Shown one piece after another: positions 12,422 through 26,209 of a stretch of 61,258 nucleotides of DNA (position 1 is the stretch's first letter; every line of letters starts with the position of its first letter). Under the pieces are notes generated by a model, which searched no databases, was not told where the DNA came from, and was given only the letters and a program-made list of their open reading frames with translations. The translations under genes and the position numbers were made by a program. The DNA lies in NCBI GenBank assembly GCA_049317725.1, contig JBMOHS010000002.1, positions 1-61,258 on the forward strand, in the 5' to 3' direction. This DNA is from Blastocatellia bacterium (GTDB lineage Bacteria; Acidobacteriota; Blastocatellia; RBC074).

Positions 12422-13165
12422 TCAGACTGTTGCCAAGCCGATGAGTCGCGGAAGGGCTTCGCCGATCTCCTCCCGGAGGACCAAGTCGGCCACTTCGTCG
12501 AGAGGGGTCTCCGTCCGATTGAGAATCAGCAGGGCGGCTCCGTGCCGCTTGGCGATCTCTGGCAGTTGGCAAGCAGGCTGGACGACGAGGGATGAGCCGG
12601 CGACGATCATGATCTCGCACGATCGTGAAGCGGCGACTGCGTCCTCGAATGCGCGGGCGGGTAACGCCTGCCCAAAAGAGACCGTCGCCGGCTTCAGGTA
12701 GCCGCCGCAGTCGCGGCACTCGGGTGCTGGCTCTCCCTCCAACACGCGCACCACCGCCTCTTCCATCGAAGTCCGCGCGTGGCAACGCAGGCATTCGACC
12801 TCCCGGGTGGTACCGTGGAGTTCGATCACTCGGGTGTTGCCTGCCTTCTGGTGCAGACCGTCGATATTCTGGGTGATGAGCCTTTGGAGCCGGCCCTGCC
12901 GCTCCAGCTCGACAAAGGCGAGATGGCCAGGATTGGGCTTGGCATCGCGCATCTCGGGCCATATGGCCACCTTCTGTCGCCAGTGTTCGACCCGGGCCTC
13001 GTGGTCGCGGACAAACTCTCCATATTCCACGGTGCGATTGTTCGCCCAGATTCCCGAGGGGCTTCGAAAGTCTGGAATCCCCGATTCAGTGGAGATGCCA
13101 GCCCCCGTGAATCCGACAATTCGATGGGTCTGTTGAATGAGCGTCTGGGCTTCGGCGAAATTCAT
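12422..13165 (-). CDS. cobB: NAD-dependent protein deacylase (Sir2/CobB family)
   Basis: The sequence contains GFTGAGISTESGIPDFR...TQNIDGLH...C..C...C..CGG (Zn ribbon). ATG at 13165 has an AAGGAG SD at 8-nt spacing. Confidence 0.85.
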   Translation of the reverse strand: MNFAEAQTLIQQTHRIVGFTGAGISTESGIPDFRSPSGIWANNRTVEYGEFVRDHEARVEHWRQKVAIWPEMRDAKPNPGHLAFVELERQGRLQRLITQNIDGLHQKAGNTRVIELHGTTREVECLRCHARTSMEEAVVRVLEGEPAPECRDCGGYLKPATVSFGQALPARAFEDAVAASRSCEIMIVAGSSLVVQPACQLPEIAKRHGAALLILNRTETPLDEVADLVLREEIGEALPRLIGLATV

Positions 13166-13298
13166 CTGGTCTGCTCCTTGAGGTGTCAGGCTTGGGCACG
13201 GCTTTGGTAGAGGATCCCCCGAGGTGACTTTCCTCCGGGGCGCTGCTAAGATAACACTCTTTTCCCAGTCTTGCTGGAAAAAGGGAGCAGTGACTGAG

Positions 13299-14306
13299 AT
13301 GCCGATCAGAGAAACAGCAACCTTACAAGATAAGCATGGCCGGGCGATTCGCGACCTGCGGATCTCGGTCACCGACCGGTGTAATTTTCGGTGTTTCTAC
13401 TGCATGCCGACCGAGGCGATGGAGTGGCGACCGAAGGCAGAGATTCTCAGCTATGAAGAGATTCTGACCCTGACGGAGATCTTTGTTTCGTTGGGGATCG
13501 ACAAGTTGCGAGTGACGGGGGGAGAGCCGATGCTCCGCCAGGACGTCGAGCAGCTGATCCGACAACTGGCACAACTCCCTGGGGTGAGCGATCTGGCGAT
13601 GACGACCAACGCCCACTTTCTGGCGGGGCGAGCCGGCGCACTCCGGGAGGCAGGCTTGCGTCGCATCACGATCAGCCTCGATTCCCTGACGCCGGATCGC
13701 TTCGCGTTGATGACGGGACGGAACGAGCTCGATCGGGTGCTGGCGGGGATCGAGGCGGCGGTCGAGGCGGGGCTTTCGCCAGTCAAGATCAACTGTGTGG
13801 TCATTCGGGGGGTCAACGATGACCAAGTCCTCGCCTTCGCTGCATTGGCGCGGGAGAAGGGGGTTCGCGTCCGCTTCATCGAATTCATGCCCCTCGACAA
13901 CGGCAAGGTCTGGCGTCGTGAGATGGTCGTTCCAGGGGAGGAGCTCCGCGCGAGGATTGCCGCACAGTATCCGCTGGTCCGGGTCTCCGCCGATCATCCC
14001 GCCGAGACCGCCCGGCGCTGGCGCTTTGCCGATGGAGCCCCCGGAGAAGTTGGGTTCATCAACCCGGTGACGCAACCCTTCTGTGGCCATTGCAGCCGGA
14101 TCCGGCTGACGGCCGACGGGATGATCCGAACCTGCCTCTTCTCGACGATTGAGTACCCTCTCAAGCAACTCCTCCGGGACGGAGCGGACCGGGCGACGCT
14201 GATCGACTTCATCCACGCCGCGGTCGCGCAAAAGGAGGAGCGCCATCACATCAATGACCCCGACTTTGTTCAGCCATTGCGGACGATGTCCTGTATCGGG
14301 GGTTAA
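13299..14306 (+). CDS. moaA: GTP 3',8-cyclase (radical SAM, molybdenum cofactor biosynthesis)
   Basis: The sequence contains LRISVTDRCNFRCFYCMP...GGEPMLR...C-terminal FCGHCSRIRLTADG. Confidence 0.9.
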   Translation: MPIRETATLQDKHGRAIRDLRISVTDRCNFRCFYCMPTEAMEWRPKAEILSYEEILTLTEIFVSLGIDKLRVTGGEPMLRQDVEQLIRQLAQLPGVSDLAMTTNAHFLAGRAGALREAGLRRITISLDSLTPDRFALMTGRNELDRVLAGIEAAVEAGLSPVKINCVVIRGVNDDQVLAFAALAREKGVRVRFIEFMPLDNGKVWRREMVVPGEELRARIAAQYPLVRVSADHPAETARRWRFADGAPGEVGFINPVTQPFCGHCSRIRLTADGMIRTCLFSTIEYPLKQLLRDGADRATLIDFIHAAVAQKEERHHINDPDFVQPLRTMSCIGG

Positions 14307-14353
14307 TCTCGACGATCCTCTCCGTGGGTCATTCGGTTTCGATAAGGAAATGA

Positions 14354-16270
<1,917 letters not shown>

Positions 16271-16291
16271 TCAACTTCGATCGCCAGAAAG

Positions 16292-16346
16292 AACGGGCGG
16301 GCCCGTCGATTGCGGTTTGGAGGCCGCCGACAAGCCCGCCCGTTTT
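16292..16346. terminator. Hairpin between the convergent thiC and acylase genes
   Basis: A perfect 11-bp stem (aacgggcgggc ... gcccgcccgtt) encloses a 31-nt loop and is followed by tt. Confidence 0.5.
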
Positions 16347-16365
16347 GCGTCTCCACTGCCTCGGG

Positions 16366-18804
16366 TCAGCGACTGACGACCCGGATGGTCTTCAGATTTC
16401 GGTCCGCCCGAATCTCCTGTTCCGTGAAGCGGATGGGCCGCCACTGCTTGTCGGAGAAGAGCTGGGTCTGATCGAGAAACTGAGGCGACGTGGGGTCTCC
16501 GGATTGGGAGTAGGTGAGGAAGGCCTGGGCGCGCGGGCCCTTCTCGGTGTACTCCAGCGCCATCAAAAAGCTGGTTCCCCGGTTGATGGGGTAGCCCTCT
16601 CGGGTGAGAAACCGGCTGCCGCGCACGCGCTGTGGGACGGGAGTCGGTTCGAGCGTCGTGGTGTTCGGCGCGAAATTGACGAAGTTGGCGATGCCATCGT
16701 AGGCCCCATCCCCGCCGTGCATGGGGATGCGGCGCCCGTTGCGGTCGGCATACTGAACCTTGCCGAGCGGCGTGTCGAGGGCGATCCCCGCCTCTTCGAG
16801 CAGCCGGACAGCACGGGCGAGTCGTTGCAAGTGGGTCGGTTGGGCGCTGTCCGCCGCCTCACCGGCGAGGCTATGGGGCGTTCCGACCGGATCTGTCGCC
16901 GTGAAGGCAGCCTCGAAGAGGCGGCCCTTGCGCTGGAGGTCTGCCGGGTCGAATTGACTGATGAATTCGCGCCAAAGGACAGGACCGACACTCCCGACTT
17001 CGTAGCGTCCATCCCAGGATTTGAGGATGCGGCAGGCAGCCTGAAGATCGACCGTGGTCCCTTCGAGGACCACTTTCGGGCCCTGCTCGCAGCGACTGAC
17101 CAGCTCACCGCGCAGCATCTCGGCGGAGAGGCTCCGGTTGCTGAGGAGGGCCGCCGACATCTCTTCCAAGCTGAAGCGGCCATCCGTCCCCGTCGCTGCC
17201 TTATCCTCCAAGAGCCGGACATTCATCCGTGTGCGCAAGGAGCGGGAGGTCTCTTCGTCTCCTTGTAACGGGGAGAAGCCGGTCAGCAGTTGTCTGGGGT
17301 TGGCCAGCCAGAAGCTGTCGTTGGCGTTGAAGACGTAGTCGTTCCTCTCCAGTTGCGGGATCTTCGAAAAAGGAATCACCCCAGGGCGGGTGGCCGGATC
17401 GTTGGTCCACTCAAACAGAGGATCGCTCCCATCGAGGAGAACGATGCCCCGCTCCCAGGCAGTGCGGGTCAGCAGGTCCCGCTCGCGACGCTCCTTCCAA
17501 ACCCGGAGCGCATCTGGAGAGAGGGCTGGCGTCGCCGCGCTGTCGGTGTACCAAGCCCGTCCATCCGCACTGGCGGCGATGGTGTTGACCCACGGCATGG
17601 CGTTGTAGCGCGCGTGGGCCTCCTTGAACTCCTCGAGCGATCGCACGCGGTTCATGGCCATCCATTGCGCCTGCACCGAGACATTGTTGGCGTTCGCATC
17701 CCGGATGCTGACCGTACGCTTGGCCGACCAACCGATCCCTGGGAAATTGAGGATCGGCCCGTAGTGGCTGGAATAGATCTCGCGGTTGACGACCGCCGTC
17801 GAGCCGTTGGGCTGCCGAACCGCAACGGTGATCGTCTGGCGGCTCATCGCCCGTGGCTGCCCCTGGTAGAGGTATTTCGTCGGCTCGCCGGGAACGAGGT
17901 CGAGGCTGTAGACGGTGAAGCGTTTTCCAGCAGAGACGGTGTGGGTCCAGGCGACAGCCCGATTGAAGCCAATCGAGACGCCCGGCGAGCCGAGCAGGCC
18001 TACTCCGTAGACGTCCAGTTCTCCGGGGATTGTCAGATGCTTCTCCCAGAACCGATTGGAGCCCACCCAGGGGTAGTGGGGGTTGGCGATCAGCATCCCC
18101 CGACGACTGGCGGTCCAATCTTTGCCGAGTGCCCAGCCATTGCTGGCCTGCTCGAATTCGGGGATCTCTGTGGGGGAGGCTGCCGCCCTCTCTGCTTTGG
18201 GCGGTTCCGCCGTGGCGATCATCTCGGCGAAGTTGGTGGTGGTGACGACGACGCTCTGGTTGTACGTCAGCAGGTCGATCGCCGTGATCGGGAAGACCCA
18301 CTCCTGGCCACGACACCATCCCGGCACGCCAGCGACACCGACCTCACTGAGGTATTGGTTGTAGCCCGCGACATACCCATCGAGCATCGCTCGCTGGGGT
18401 TCAGGGAGTGACTGGTAGAGATCACGGGCCTGCTCCGCCAGTCCGAGGGCCTTCATGGCGAGATCATTGTTGAGGTGGCGGTTGTTCTCGCCCGGGCCGA
18501 AGAAGCGGGCCCGGTCGCCGCGCGCCTTGACGATCTGATCGGCGAGGGAGCAGAGGTGGTCCTGCGCAAACGCATAGCCCTCGCCGAATCCAAGGCTGCC
18601 GATGTCGGTCGCTTTAATGTGGGGAATACCATTGCTCGTCCGCCGGATCTCCGCTGAGTAGCGGGTGGCTGGTTTGGGGGAAGGGGCAGCCGATTGGGCC
18701 GCAACTCGGGCCCGCATCCACTCCGTGGTCCGTCCTCCGACCAGGAGAACGCCCATTGCCAGCAAGGTGAGGCCGATCGCAATTCGATGACCGTGCCTCT
18801 CCAT
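16366..18804 (-). CDS. Penicillin acylase family Ntn-hydrolase (possible acyl-homoserine-lactone acylase), secreted
   Basis: The likely autoprocessing site is ...QASNGWALG..., followed by IANPHYPW. The start at MERHG (18804) has a GAGGAG SD at 8-nt spacing. Alternative starts are 18864 and 18933. Confidence 0.85.
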   Translation of the reverse strand: MERHGHRIAIGLTLLAMGVLLVGGRTTEWMRARVAAQSAAPSPKPATRYSAEIRRTSNGIPHIKATDIGSLGFGEGYAFAQDHLCSLADQIVKARGDRARFFGPGENNRHLNNDLAMKALGLAEQARDLYQSLPEPQRAMLDGYVAGYNQYLSEVGVAGVPGWCRGQEWVFPITAIDLLTYNQSVVVTTTNFAEMIATAEPPKAERAAASPTEIPEFEQASNGWALGKDWTASRRGMLIANPHYPWVGSNRFWEKHLTIPGELDVYGVGLLGSPGVSIGFNRAVAWTHTVSAGKRFTVYSLDLVPGEPTKYLYQGQPRAMSRQTITVAVRQPNGSTAVVNREIYSSHYGPILNFPGIGWSAKRTVSIRDANANNVSVQAQWMAMNRVRSLEEFKEAHARYNAMPWVNTIAASADGRAWYTDSAATPALSPDALRVWKERRERDLLTRTAWERGIVLLDGSDPLFEWTNDPATRPGVIPFSKIPQLERNDYVFNANDSFWLANPRQLLTGFSPLQGDEETSRSLRTRMNVRLLEDKAATGTDGRFSLEEMSAALLSNRSLSAEMLRGELVSRCEQGPKVVLEGTTVDLQAACRILKSWDGRYEVGSVGPVLWREFISQFDPADLQRKGRLFEAAFTATDPVGTPHSLAGEAADSAQPTHLQRLARAVRLLEEAGIALDTPLGKVQYADRNGRRIPMHGGDGAYDGIANFVNFAPNTTTLEPTPVPQRVRGSRFLTREGYPINRGTSFLMALEYTEKGPRAQAFLTYSQSGDPTSPQFLDQTQLFSDKQWRPIRFTEQEIRADRNLKTIRVVSR

Positions 18805-19118
18805 CTGTTTGTCTCCTCGGGGGGACCTTCCCCGCTTGTGCTTTGCGGACTCCTCGCTCTTCATTTGTCGCTCCCTCTGAATGAACTGATTGAATCGTGG
18901 CAGGCGATCGTCTTCTCCGTGTCCGTGCTCCATCTGGACCCGGGACCGTTCCGACCGTCAAATCATACCGCAGCCGCTCATTCTCTGCATAGAGAAGGCT
19001 TCCAGCAGCTCTTTCTGCCCAGTCCTGAATTGGCTGGTCCCCGGCCGCTCGTCTCGGCGGAGCAGGGGACCCAGGCAGTCGAGCGGATCGGGCGACGCTG
19101 GAGCCAACGCGAATGGAT

Positions 19119-19988
19119 TCAACGAACTAATCGCAGCGTCCCGAACGCCTCTGGAGCGTGATATGTTGGTTGGTTTGTCGGCTGCCAGGCAATGTGGGCC
19201 CGGTTGGGAGGTGGCCCCTGTATCCGGTAAAAATTGATCCGCATTCGATTGCCAGCCTTGGCTGGGCGCGAGTCGATCTTCTCCATTGGAATCCGCATCT
19301 CCCCATACCAAACTTGGCGATCGCGATCGACGCGAGCCTTGACTTCGTATCCGGAGTTCCAGCTCCAGTCGTGATTGGGGGGATCCGTTCCCCGATCGAT
19401 GAAGAGGTCGACCCACTCCCCTTGCGGTGAGACCTGAAACTCGGTATACCGCTTGATGTTTGCGAAATCGGTGCCGATGAAGGCTTCCGCGACGTCCCAC
19501 TCCCAGAGGAGGTTGGTCTCGCTGGTCGTCGACGGCGAAGGGGTCAGATAGAGCGTCTGGTAAGGGCAGGTGAAGAGGAGGTAGAGGTTCTTCTCCGTCC
19601 ACCGGGAACGAATCTCTGTCCGGTGGCCCGGCACGGGACGCCCGCGTTGGTCGTACTCTGCGACCACCCCCTGGACAGGGCGCCAAGCGGCGCTCGCCGG
19701 GTCCGCAGTGAGGGCAAAATCGGCACTCACCCGTCGGCTCTCGATCGTGCCCGCTTGCTTGCCGCCAGACTGCTCCCCTGGCTTCGCCTCCTGAACTCTT
19801 CCCCACCCCAGGAGAAGAAGGGTCAGCAAAAGAATCGACCCACCGGTCAATCCCGTCAGGACTCCCCGACCGTCTGCGGGTCTGCGCACTGGCTCTTGTT
19901 CACCCAATCCTTCGCCTGCCGATTCCCTGGAATTCTCTTTCGACTGTGGATCTCTCTTCATCTCTTCTTTCCTCGGTTTGATCACCAT
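19119..19988 (-). CDS. Membrane-anchored protein with a carbohydrate-binding family 9-like (DOMON-like) domain
   Basis: The domain-like stretch is RSRWTEKNLYLLFTCPYQ...WEWDVAEAFIGTD...YTEFQVSPQGEWVDLFI. ATG at 19988 has a GGAGAG SD. Confidence 0.55.
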   Translation of the reverse strand: MVIKPRKEEMKRDPQSKENSRESAGEGLGEQEPVRRPADGRGVLTGLTGGSILLLTLLLLGWGRVQEAKPGEQSGGKQAGTIESRRVSADFALTADPASAAWRPVQGVVAEYDQRGRPVPGHRTEIRSRWTEKNLYLLFTCPYQTLYLTPSPSTTSETNLLWEWDVAEAFIGTDFANIKRYTEFQVSPQGEWVDLFIDRGTDPPNHDWSWNSGYEVKARVDRDRQVWYGEMRIPMEKIDSRPAKAGNRMRINFYRIQGPPPNRAHIAWQPTNQPTYHAPEAFGTLRLVR

Positions 19989-20174
19989 TGTTTTCTCTCC
20001 AAGATATGGGGGATGTGGGGGATGGGCCGAAAGCCAGGCTCGGCATCTTTCCGCCTCCCATTCCCACGGAGATGGAAAATTTGTTAGCATAGCGGCGGAT
20101 TTCGAGTCAGAGCTCCACGAGTGTCCAGACAATGGGCACGAGAACGCAGACGAAGACCCATTCCTTGTATGCCT

Positions 20175-20501
20175 ATGAACGAGCAACAAATGGAGGAGGC
20201 AGTCGAGACGAAGGCGCGGCCTCAATTGCGAAAGCCACCCCTCTTCAAGGTGCTGCTCCATAATGATCATTATACGACGATGGAGTTTGTCGTCTACGTC
20301 CTGATCGAAGTCTTCCGGCACAATGAGTTGAGCGCGATCCGCATCATGTTGCAGGTTCATCAGCAGGGAGTCGGAGTTGCCGGCGTCTACCCCTACGAAA
20401 TTGCCGAGACGAAAGTCGCCCGTGTGCTGGCAATGGCGAAAGAATCTGACTTTCCGTTACTCTGCACACTCGAGGAAGAGGAGGGAGAGGGAAGTGCCTG
20501 A
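20175..20501 (+). CDS. clpS: ATP-dependent Clp protease adaptor ClpS
   Basis: The sequence contains PPLFKVLLHNDHYTTMEFVVYVL...VHQQGVGVAGVY. The start could also be the ATG at 20169. Confidence 0.9.
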   Translation: MNEQQMEEAVETKARPQLRKPPLFKVLLHNDHYTTMEFVVYVLIEVFRHNELSAIRIMLQVHQQGVGVAGVYPYEIAETKVARVLAMAKESDFPLLCTLEEEEGEGSA

Positions 20502-20549
20502 CCAAGATGGCTCGTCGAGAGGGCGGGAGTGGGCTGGCAAGGAACACGT

Positions 20550-22844
20550 ATGATCACCAAGGAACTGCAAGCGACGCTCAACCTGGCTGCCAACGAGGCG
20601 GTCAACCGACGACACGAGTTTCTGACATTGGAGCATCTGCTCTTTGCGCTCCTCCACGATCCCGTCGGCAGTGAAGTCTTGACCAACTGCGGAGCCGATC
20701 TCGACCTCCTGCGGCAAGACCTGGAAGAGTTCTTCACCGACCGGATGGACACATTGGTCCGGTCTCGCGAAGACCAGTTTCCAGAGCAGACCGCCGGGTT
20801 TGAACGGGTGGTGGAACGCGCGATCCTGCAGGCCCATGCCTCCGCGCAGGAGAACATCGACGCGGGCAATATCTTGGCCTCACTCTTCGAGGAGCCGCAT
20901 TGTCACGCCCGGTACCTTCTCGAAAAGCAGGGCGTTACTCGACTCGATATTCTCAACTACATCTCACACGGCGTGGCCAAGCAAGAGCCTGAGCAGGAGC
21001 CTCTCTTCCCGGAATCGGAATCGGATGAGGAAGAGGAGGCAGAGGCCCGGCAGGTCCGGGATCCCCTGCGGGCTTTTGCGACCAACCTCGTTGCCCGGGC
21101 CGCCGAGGGGAAGATCGATCCACTCATTGGTCGCCAAGCGGAACTTGAACGAACGATTCAGGTACTCTGCCGACGACGGAAGAACAACCCCCTCTTCATT
21201 GGAGATCCTGGGGTCGGGAAGACGGCGATTGCCGAAGGACTCGCCTACAAGATCCAGCGCGGTGAAGTCCCCGAGATCCTGCGCCAGTCCGAAGTCTATG
21301 CCCTCGATTTGGGGGCACTTCTCGCCGGTACCCGCTATCGGGGAGAGTTTGAGCAACGGCTCAAGGCGGTTCTTCTGGCACTCCAAAAGCGCCAGGACGC
21401 CATTCTCTTCATCGACGAGATTCACACGATCGTGGGAGCCGGGGCGGTCAGTGGCGGGTCAATGGATGCGTCGAACATCCTCAAGCCAGCCCTGGCCAGC
21501 GGGGAGTTGCGCTGCATCGGTTCAACGACCTACAGCGAGTACAAGGCTTCGTTCGAGCGGGATCGGGCCCTCGCGCGACGCTTTCAGATGATCGAGATCG
21601 CCCAGCCGAGTGTCGCGGAGACCGTCCAGATTCTCGAAGGGCTCAAGAGCTATTACGAGGCCCACCACGGAGTATGCTACGGGGATGACGCGCTACGCGC
21701 GGCGGCGGAGCTCTCGGCCAAGCATATCAATGACCGGTTTCTTCCCGACAAGGCGATCGATGTCATCGACGAGGTGGGGGCCGCGATCAAACTGCGTCCA
21801 GCAGAAGAACGGCCGGCGGTGATTGGGGAGCACGAAGTCGAACTGGTCGTCGCACGGATGGCGCGAATCCCTCCGAAGTCGGTCTCCACGTCGGATCGAA
21901 TCCGGTTGCGGCAACTGGAAGAGGATCTGCGGCAAGTCATCTACGGACAGCCCCAGGCCATTCACCAAGTGGTCGAGGCGATCAAGCTCTCGCGAGCGGG
22001 GCTTGGCCATCCCGAAAAACCGATCGGTTCCTTCCTCTTTTCGGGCCCAACCGGGGTCGGCAAGACGGAGTTGGCGCGTCAGTTGGCACGCCATCTGGGC
22101 ATTGAGTTTCTCCGCTTCGACATGAGTGAGTACATGGAGAAGCATACCGTCTCGCGCTTGATTGGTGCTCCGCCGGGGTATGTCGGGTTTGATCAGGGTG
22201 GGTTGTTGACCGACGCGATCCGCAAGACCCCCTACGCCGTCCTCGTTCTCGACGAGATTGAGAAGGCCCATCCAGACCTCTTCAACATCCTGCTCCAGGT
22301 GATGGACCACGCGACCTTGACCGATAACAATGGAAACAAGGCCGACTTCCGCAACGTCATTCTGATCATGACGACCAACGCTGGCGCGCGCGAGTTGAGT
22401 GGATCGCCCCTTGGCTTTTCGGCAGCCGAGCGCGGAGGGATTGGCGGCACGGGCAGTCGGGCGCGCGGCGCGATCGAGCGGACGTTCAGCCCGGAGTTCC
22501 GCAATCGGTTGGACGCTTGGATCGCCTTCGATCCCCTGACCCCCGAGACGATCGTCCTGGTGGTCGACAAGTTTGTCGGGGAGTTGCAAGAGCAGTTGGT
22601 CGACAAGCGGGTGACCCTCGAGCTGACGGAAGCGGCGCGGACTTGGCTGGCTCGCCACGGATACGATGCCCAATTTGGAGCCCGTCCGATGGCGCGGTTG
22701 ATCCAATCAAAGATCCGGGAGCCACTCGCCGGGGAGATCCTCTTCGGTCAATTGCAGTTCGGAGGGAGCGTGACGGTCGATGCGGTCGACGATGGTCTCA
22801 CTCTGACCTGTCATAGCGCGGAGCCGCTCCAACAGGTCGGGTAG
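20550..22844 (+). CDS. clpA: ATP-dependent Clp protease ATP-binding subunit ClpA
   Basis: The protein has a Clp_N domain and two AAA modules (GDPGVGKTAIAEGLA; FSGPTGVGKTELARQLA), and it sits directly after clpS. Confidence 0.92.
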   Translation: MITKELQATLNLAANEAVNRRHEFLTLEHLLFALLHDPVGSEVLTNCGADLDLLRQDLEEFFTDRMDTLVRSREDQFPEQTAGFERVVERAILQAHASAQENIDAGNILASLFEEPHCHARYLLEKQGVTRLDILNYISHGVAKQEPEQEPLFPESESDEEEEAEARQVRDPLRAFATNLVARAAEGKIDPLIGRQAELERTIQVLCRRRKNNPLFIGDPGVGKTAIAEGLAYKIQRGEVPEILRQSEVYALDLGALLAGTRYRGEFEQRLKAVLLALQKRQDAILFIDEIHTIVGAGAVSGGSMDASNILKPALASGELRCIGSTTYSEYKASFERDRALARRFQMIEIAQPSVAETVQILEGLKSYYEAHHGVCYGDDALRAAAELSAKHINDRFLPDKAIDVIDEVGAAIKLRPAEERPAVIGEHEVELVVARMARIPPKSVSTSDRIRLRQLEEDLRQVIYGQPQAIHQVVEAIKLSRAGLGHPEKPIGSFLFSGPTGVGKTELARQLARHLGIEFLRFDMSEYMEKHTVSRLIGAPPGYVGFDQGGLLTDAIRKTPYAVLVLDEIEKAHPDLFNILLQVMDHATLTDNNGNKADFRNVILIMTTNAGARELSGSPLGFSAAERGGIGGTGSRARGAIERTFSPEFRNRLDAWIAFDPLTPETIVLVVDKFVGELQEQLVDKRVTLELTEAARTWLARHGYDAQFGARPMARLIQSKIREPLAGEILFGQLQFGGSVTVDAVDDGLTLTCHSAEPLQQVG

Positions 22845-22925
22845 CAACGAACCGCTCTCGGATGACGGACTCATTCCGGGCAGTTTCAATCAAGACCAGT
22901 TCAACAGAGACAAGGAGAGTTTCCT

Positions 22926-25900
22926 ATGGGCAAGAGGCGTCGCGAGTCGGCCCGACATCTGCTTTGGTGGGGAGGAATCGCCATTGGGTTGGGGGTGGCG
23001 ATCCTGGGCAGCACGGGCAAGGGGTGGCATTCGGCGGTCTCCGCCGTGGCACCGGATCGTGCTCCCTGGAGTGGGCTGCAGTACCGCAATATTGGGCCGT
23101 TTCGGGGAGGCCGCTCGGTCGCGGTGGCGGGTGTTGCCTCGCAACCCATGACCTACTATTTCGGAGCGACCGGCGGAGGAGTCTGGAAGACGGTCGATGC
23201 CGGCGTCTCGTGGGAGCCAATTTCGGACGGGCAGCCCTTTGGGACGGGAAGTGTTGGCGCGATTGAAGTCAGCTTGTCAGATCCCAACGTCATCTTTGTC
23301 GGAATGGGCGAGACCCCGATTCGGGGGAATGTCTCACACGGGGACGGGGTCTACCGATCGGGAGACGCCGGGCGGACCTGGAAGCGGGTGGGTCTGGAGA
23401 ACTCGCGACACATTGGTCGTGTTCGGATCCATCCACGCAACCCCGATCTGGTCTATGTCGCCGCCCTGGGCCATATCTTTGGCCCGCACGAGGAGCGAGG
23501 CGTCTATCGAACCCGGGATGGGGGCAAGACGTGGGAGCGCATTCTCTACAAGAGTGATCGGGCCGGCGCGGTCGACCTCGTCTTTGACCCGACCAATCCC
23601 AATGTCCTCTACGCCTCGTTCTGGGAGGTGAAGCGGACCCCGTTCAGTCTGGAGAGTGGTGGGCCAGACAGTGGGCTCTACAAATCGACGGATGGTGGCG
23701 ACACCTGGACCGAGATCTCCCGTCGCCCCGGCCTGCCGAAAGGACTCTTGGGCAAGATCGGAGTGGCCGTCTCACCGGCCAATCCAGACCGCGTCTGGGC
23801 ACTCATCGAGGCTGATGACGGCGGCGTCTTCCGTTCCGACAATGCCGGAGCGACGTGGACACGCGTCAATGAGAGCCGGAATCTGCGTCAGCGGGCCTGG
23901 TACTACACCCATATCTACGCTGACCCGGTCAGTGTTGACACGGTCTACGTCCTGAATGTCGCCTTCTACAAATCGGTCGATGGTGGGAGGACCTACACGA
24001 CGGTCGAGGTCCCGCACAGCGACAACCACGACCTCTGGATTGCGCCGAACGATCCATTGCGGATGATCAACGGGAATGACGGCGGCGCCAACGTCACCTT
24101 CAATGGTGGCAAGACCTGGAGCGAACAGGATCAGGCGACCGCCCAGTTCTACCGCGTCTCGCTCGACCAGGACTTTCCCTATCACATCTACGGAGCGCAA
24201 CAGGACAATTCGACCGTCAAGATCGTCAGTCGGACGACCGAAGCTGGCATCACGATCCGCGATTGGGAGCCGACCGCAGGGAGCGAGTCCGGCTGGGTCC
24301 AGCCGCACCCCAAGGATTCACAGATCGTCTTTGGCGGAAACTACGGTGGGTATCTGACCCGGCTCGACCATCGAACGGGGCAGGAGCGCGACATCAATGT
24401 CTGGCCAGACAATCCGATGGGCTGGGGGGCGGAGGGCATGAAGTACCGGTTCCAGTGGAACTTCCCGATCCTCTTCTCGCCGCACGATTCCAATGTGCTC
24501 TATACGGCCGGCAATCGACTCTTTCGCACGACCAATGAAGGGCAGACGTGGGTTCCGATCAGTCCGGACTTGACCCGCAACGAGAAGAGCAAGCTCGGTC
24601 CTTCCGGGGGACCGATCACCAAGGACAACACCAGCGTCGAGTACTACTGCACGATCTTCACTGTGGCCGAATCACCAGTTCGCGCGGGAGTGATCTGGGC
24701 GGGGTCGGATGATGGCTTGGTGCACGTCACCCGCAACGGCGGGGGCAACTGGGAGAATGTCACGGGCAATCTTCCCGGACTGCCCGAGTGGATTCAGATC
24801 AATTCGATCGAGGCCTCCCCCTTCGATGCGGGCACGGCCTATGTCGCGGCGACGATGTACAAGTCGGACGATTTCCGTCCCTATCTCTACAAGACCGCCG
24901 ATTACGGGAAGACGTGGAAGAAGATCATCACGGGCCTTCCCGAGAACAGCTTTACCCGCGTGATCCGTGAAGATCCCAACCGGCGGGGATTGCTCTATGC
25001 CGGAACCGAGACGGGGATGCACGTCTCCTTCAACGACGGGGATACTTGGCAATCGTTGCAGCTCAACCTGCCAGTGGTGCCAATCACCGACTTGGCGATC
25101 CAAGCGCGGGAGAAGGATCTCGTCGTGGCGACGCAGGGGCGCAGCTTCTGGATTCTCGATGATCTGTCCGTCCTGCACCAGTGGAAGGACGAGCTCGCCG
25201 CCGCCGAGGTCCACCTCTTCAAGCCTGAAGACGCGATTCGGATGCCGGGACGAGGTTTTCGCCCCCCTTCCACCGCGACGATCGGCCAGAATCCGCCGGC
25301 TGGGGCGGTGATCTGGTACCACCTCAAGGAGACTCCCAAGGGAGAGGTCAAGCTGGAGATTCTCGACCGCGCCGGGAAGGTGATTCGCACCTTCAGCAGC
25401 CGGGCTGCTGCCGAGGAGGCGGGAGGCGCTGGCCGTTTTGGCGGGGGCGGACCGACGCGGCTCGCCACCGAACCGGGCCTCAACCAGTTCATCTGGGATC
25501 TTCGCTATCCGGACGCCAGCCGCTTTCCGGGCATGATCCTCTGGGCCGGGATGACGAGCGGACCGAAGGCCGTTCCTGGAACCTATCAGGCGCGCCTGAC
25601 AGTCGACTCGAAGACGCTCACCGAGACCTTTGTCGTCAAGGCCGATCCGCGCATCCCCACCACCGCGCAGGACTTCCAGCAACAGTTCGACCTGCTGCTC
25701 AAGATTCGCGATAAGCTGACGGAGACCCACGACAAGATCGTCGCCATCCGCGATGTACGCCGGCAGATCAACGACTACGCCGATCGTGTCCGCTCCCAGC
25801 CATCGGCCAAACCGATCGTCGAGGCGGCGAAGGTACTCAGCGGGAAACTGACGGCAGTCGAGGAGGAGCTCTACCAGACGAAGAACCAGAGCAGTCAGGA

Positions 25901-26138
25901 CCCTCTCAACTACCCGATTCGACTCAACAACAAGTTGGCGGCGTTGGCGGGGTCGATCGCCGGGCCGGATGCGCGGCCAACCGATCAGCAGCTCGCTGTC
26001 TACGAGGATCTGGTCACCCGGATTGATGCCCAGCTCGCCAGCTTACAGCAGATCATGACCACCGATCTCCCAGCCTTCAACAAGCTGGTTCGGGATCAGA
26101 ACATTCCGGCAGTAATCGTCAAATCGGCTGACAAGTAG
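22926..26138 (+). CDS. Large secreted BNR/Asp-box repeat protein (sortilin/VPS10-like beta-propeller)
   Basis: Repeated SxDxGxTW motifs occur throughout ([78 protein letters not shown]). Confidence 0.75.
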   Translation: MGKRRRESARHLLWWGGIAIGLGVAILGSTGKGWHSAVSAVAPDRAPWSGLQYRNIGPFRGGRSVAVAGVASQPMTYYFGATGGGVWKTVDAGVSWEPISDGQPFGTGSVGAIEVSLSDPNVIFVGMGETPIRGNVSHGDGVYRSGDAGRTWKRVGLENSRHIGRVRIHPRNPDLVYVAALGHIFGPHEERGVYRTRDGGKTWERILYKSDRAGAVDLVFDPTNPNVLYASFWEVKRTPFSLESGGPDSGLYKSTDGGDTWTEISRRPGLPKGLLGKIGVAVSPANPDRVWALIEADDGGVFRSDNAGATWTRVNESRNLRQRAWYYTHIYADPVSVDTVYVLNVAFYKSVDGGRTYTTVEVPHSDNHDLWIAPNDPLRMINGNDGGANVTFNGGKTWSEQDQATAQFYRVSLDQDFPYHIYGAQQDNSTVKIVSRTTEAGITIRDWEPTAGSESGWVQPHPKDSQIVFGGNYGGYLTRLDHRTGQERDINVWPDNPMGWGAEGMKYRFQWNFPILFSPHDSNVLYTAGNRLFRTTNEGQTWVPISPDLTRNEKSKLGPSGGPITKDNTSVEYYCTIFTVAESPVRAGVIWAGSDDGLVHVTRNGGGNWENVTGNLPGLPEWIQINSIEASPFDAGTAYVAATMYKSDDFRPYLYKTADYGKTWKKIITGLPENSFTRVIREDPNRRGLLYAGTETGMHVSFNDGDTWQSLQLNLPVVPITDLAIQAREKDLVVATQGRSFWILDDLSVLHQWKDELAAAEVHLFKPEDAIRMPGRGFRPPSTATIGQNPPAGAVIWYHLKETPKGEVKLEILDRAGKVIRTFSSRAAAEEAGGAGRFGGGGPTRLATEPGLNQFIWDLRYPDASRFPGMILWAGMTSGPKAVPGTYQARLTVDSKTLTETFVVKADPRIPTTAQDFQQQFDLLLKIRDKLTETHDKIVAIRDVRRQINDYADRVRSQPSAKPIVEAAKVLSGKLTAVEEELYQTKNQSSQDPLNYPIRLNNKLAALAGSIAGPDARPTDQQLAVYEDLVTRIDAQLASLQQIMTTDLPAFNKLVRDQNIPAVIVKSADK

Positions 26139-26153
26139 GGCGCTTCGTGGAAC

Positions 26154-26200
26154 GGCCGGAGCGGGGGAGAAAGACGCTCCCCGGCTCCGGCCCTTCTTTT
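26154..26200. terminator. Bidirectional intrinsic terminator between convergent genes
   Basis: The hairpin is ggccggagcgggggag / aaagacg / ctccccggctccggcc (16-nt arms, near perfect), followed by cttctttt. Confidence 0.7.
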
Positions 26201-26209
26201 ACCCGATCA

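Noticed and set aside
13166-13298. Moco riboswitch upstream of moaA. The region contains cccgagg, cctccgggg and ggaaaaaggg, and small hairpins.
   Set aside because: The order and context of these motifs do not match the Moco RNA consensus as I remember it (CUCCGAGCC ... GGAAAGG ... GCCUCC). A covariance-model scan would be needed, so I do not claim it.
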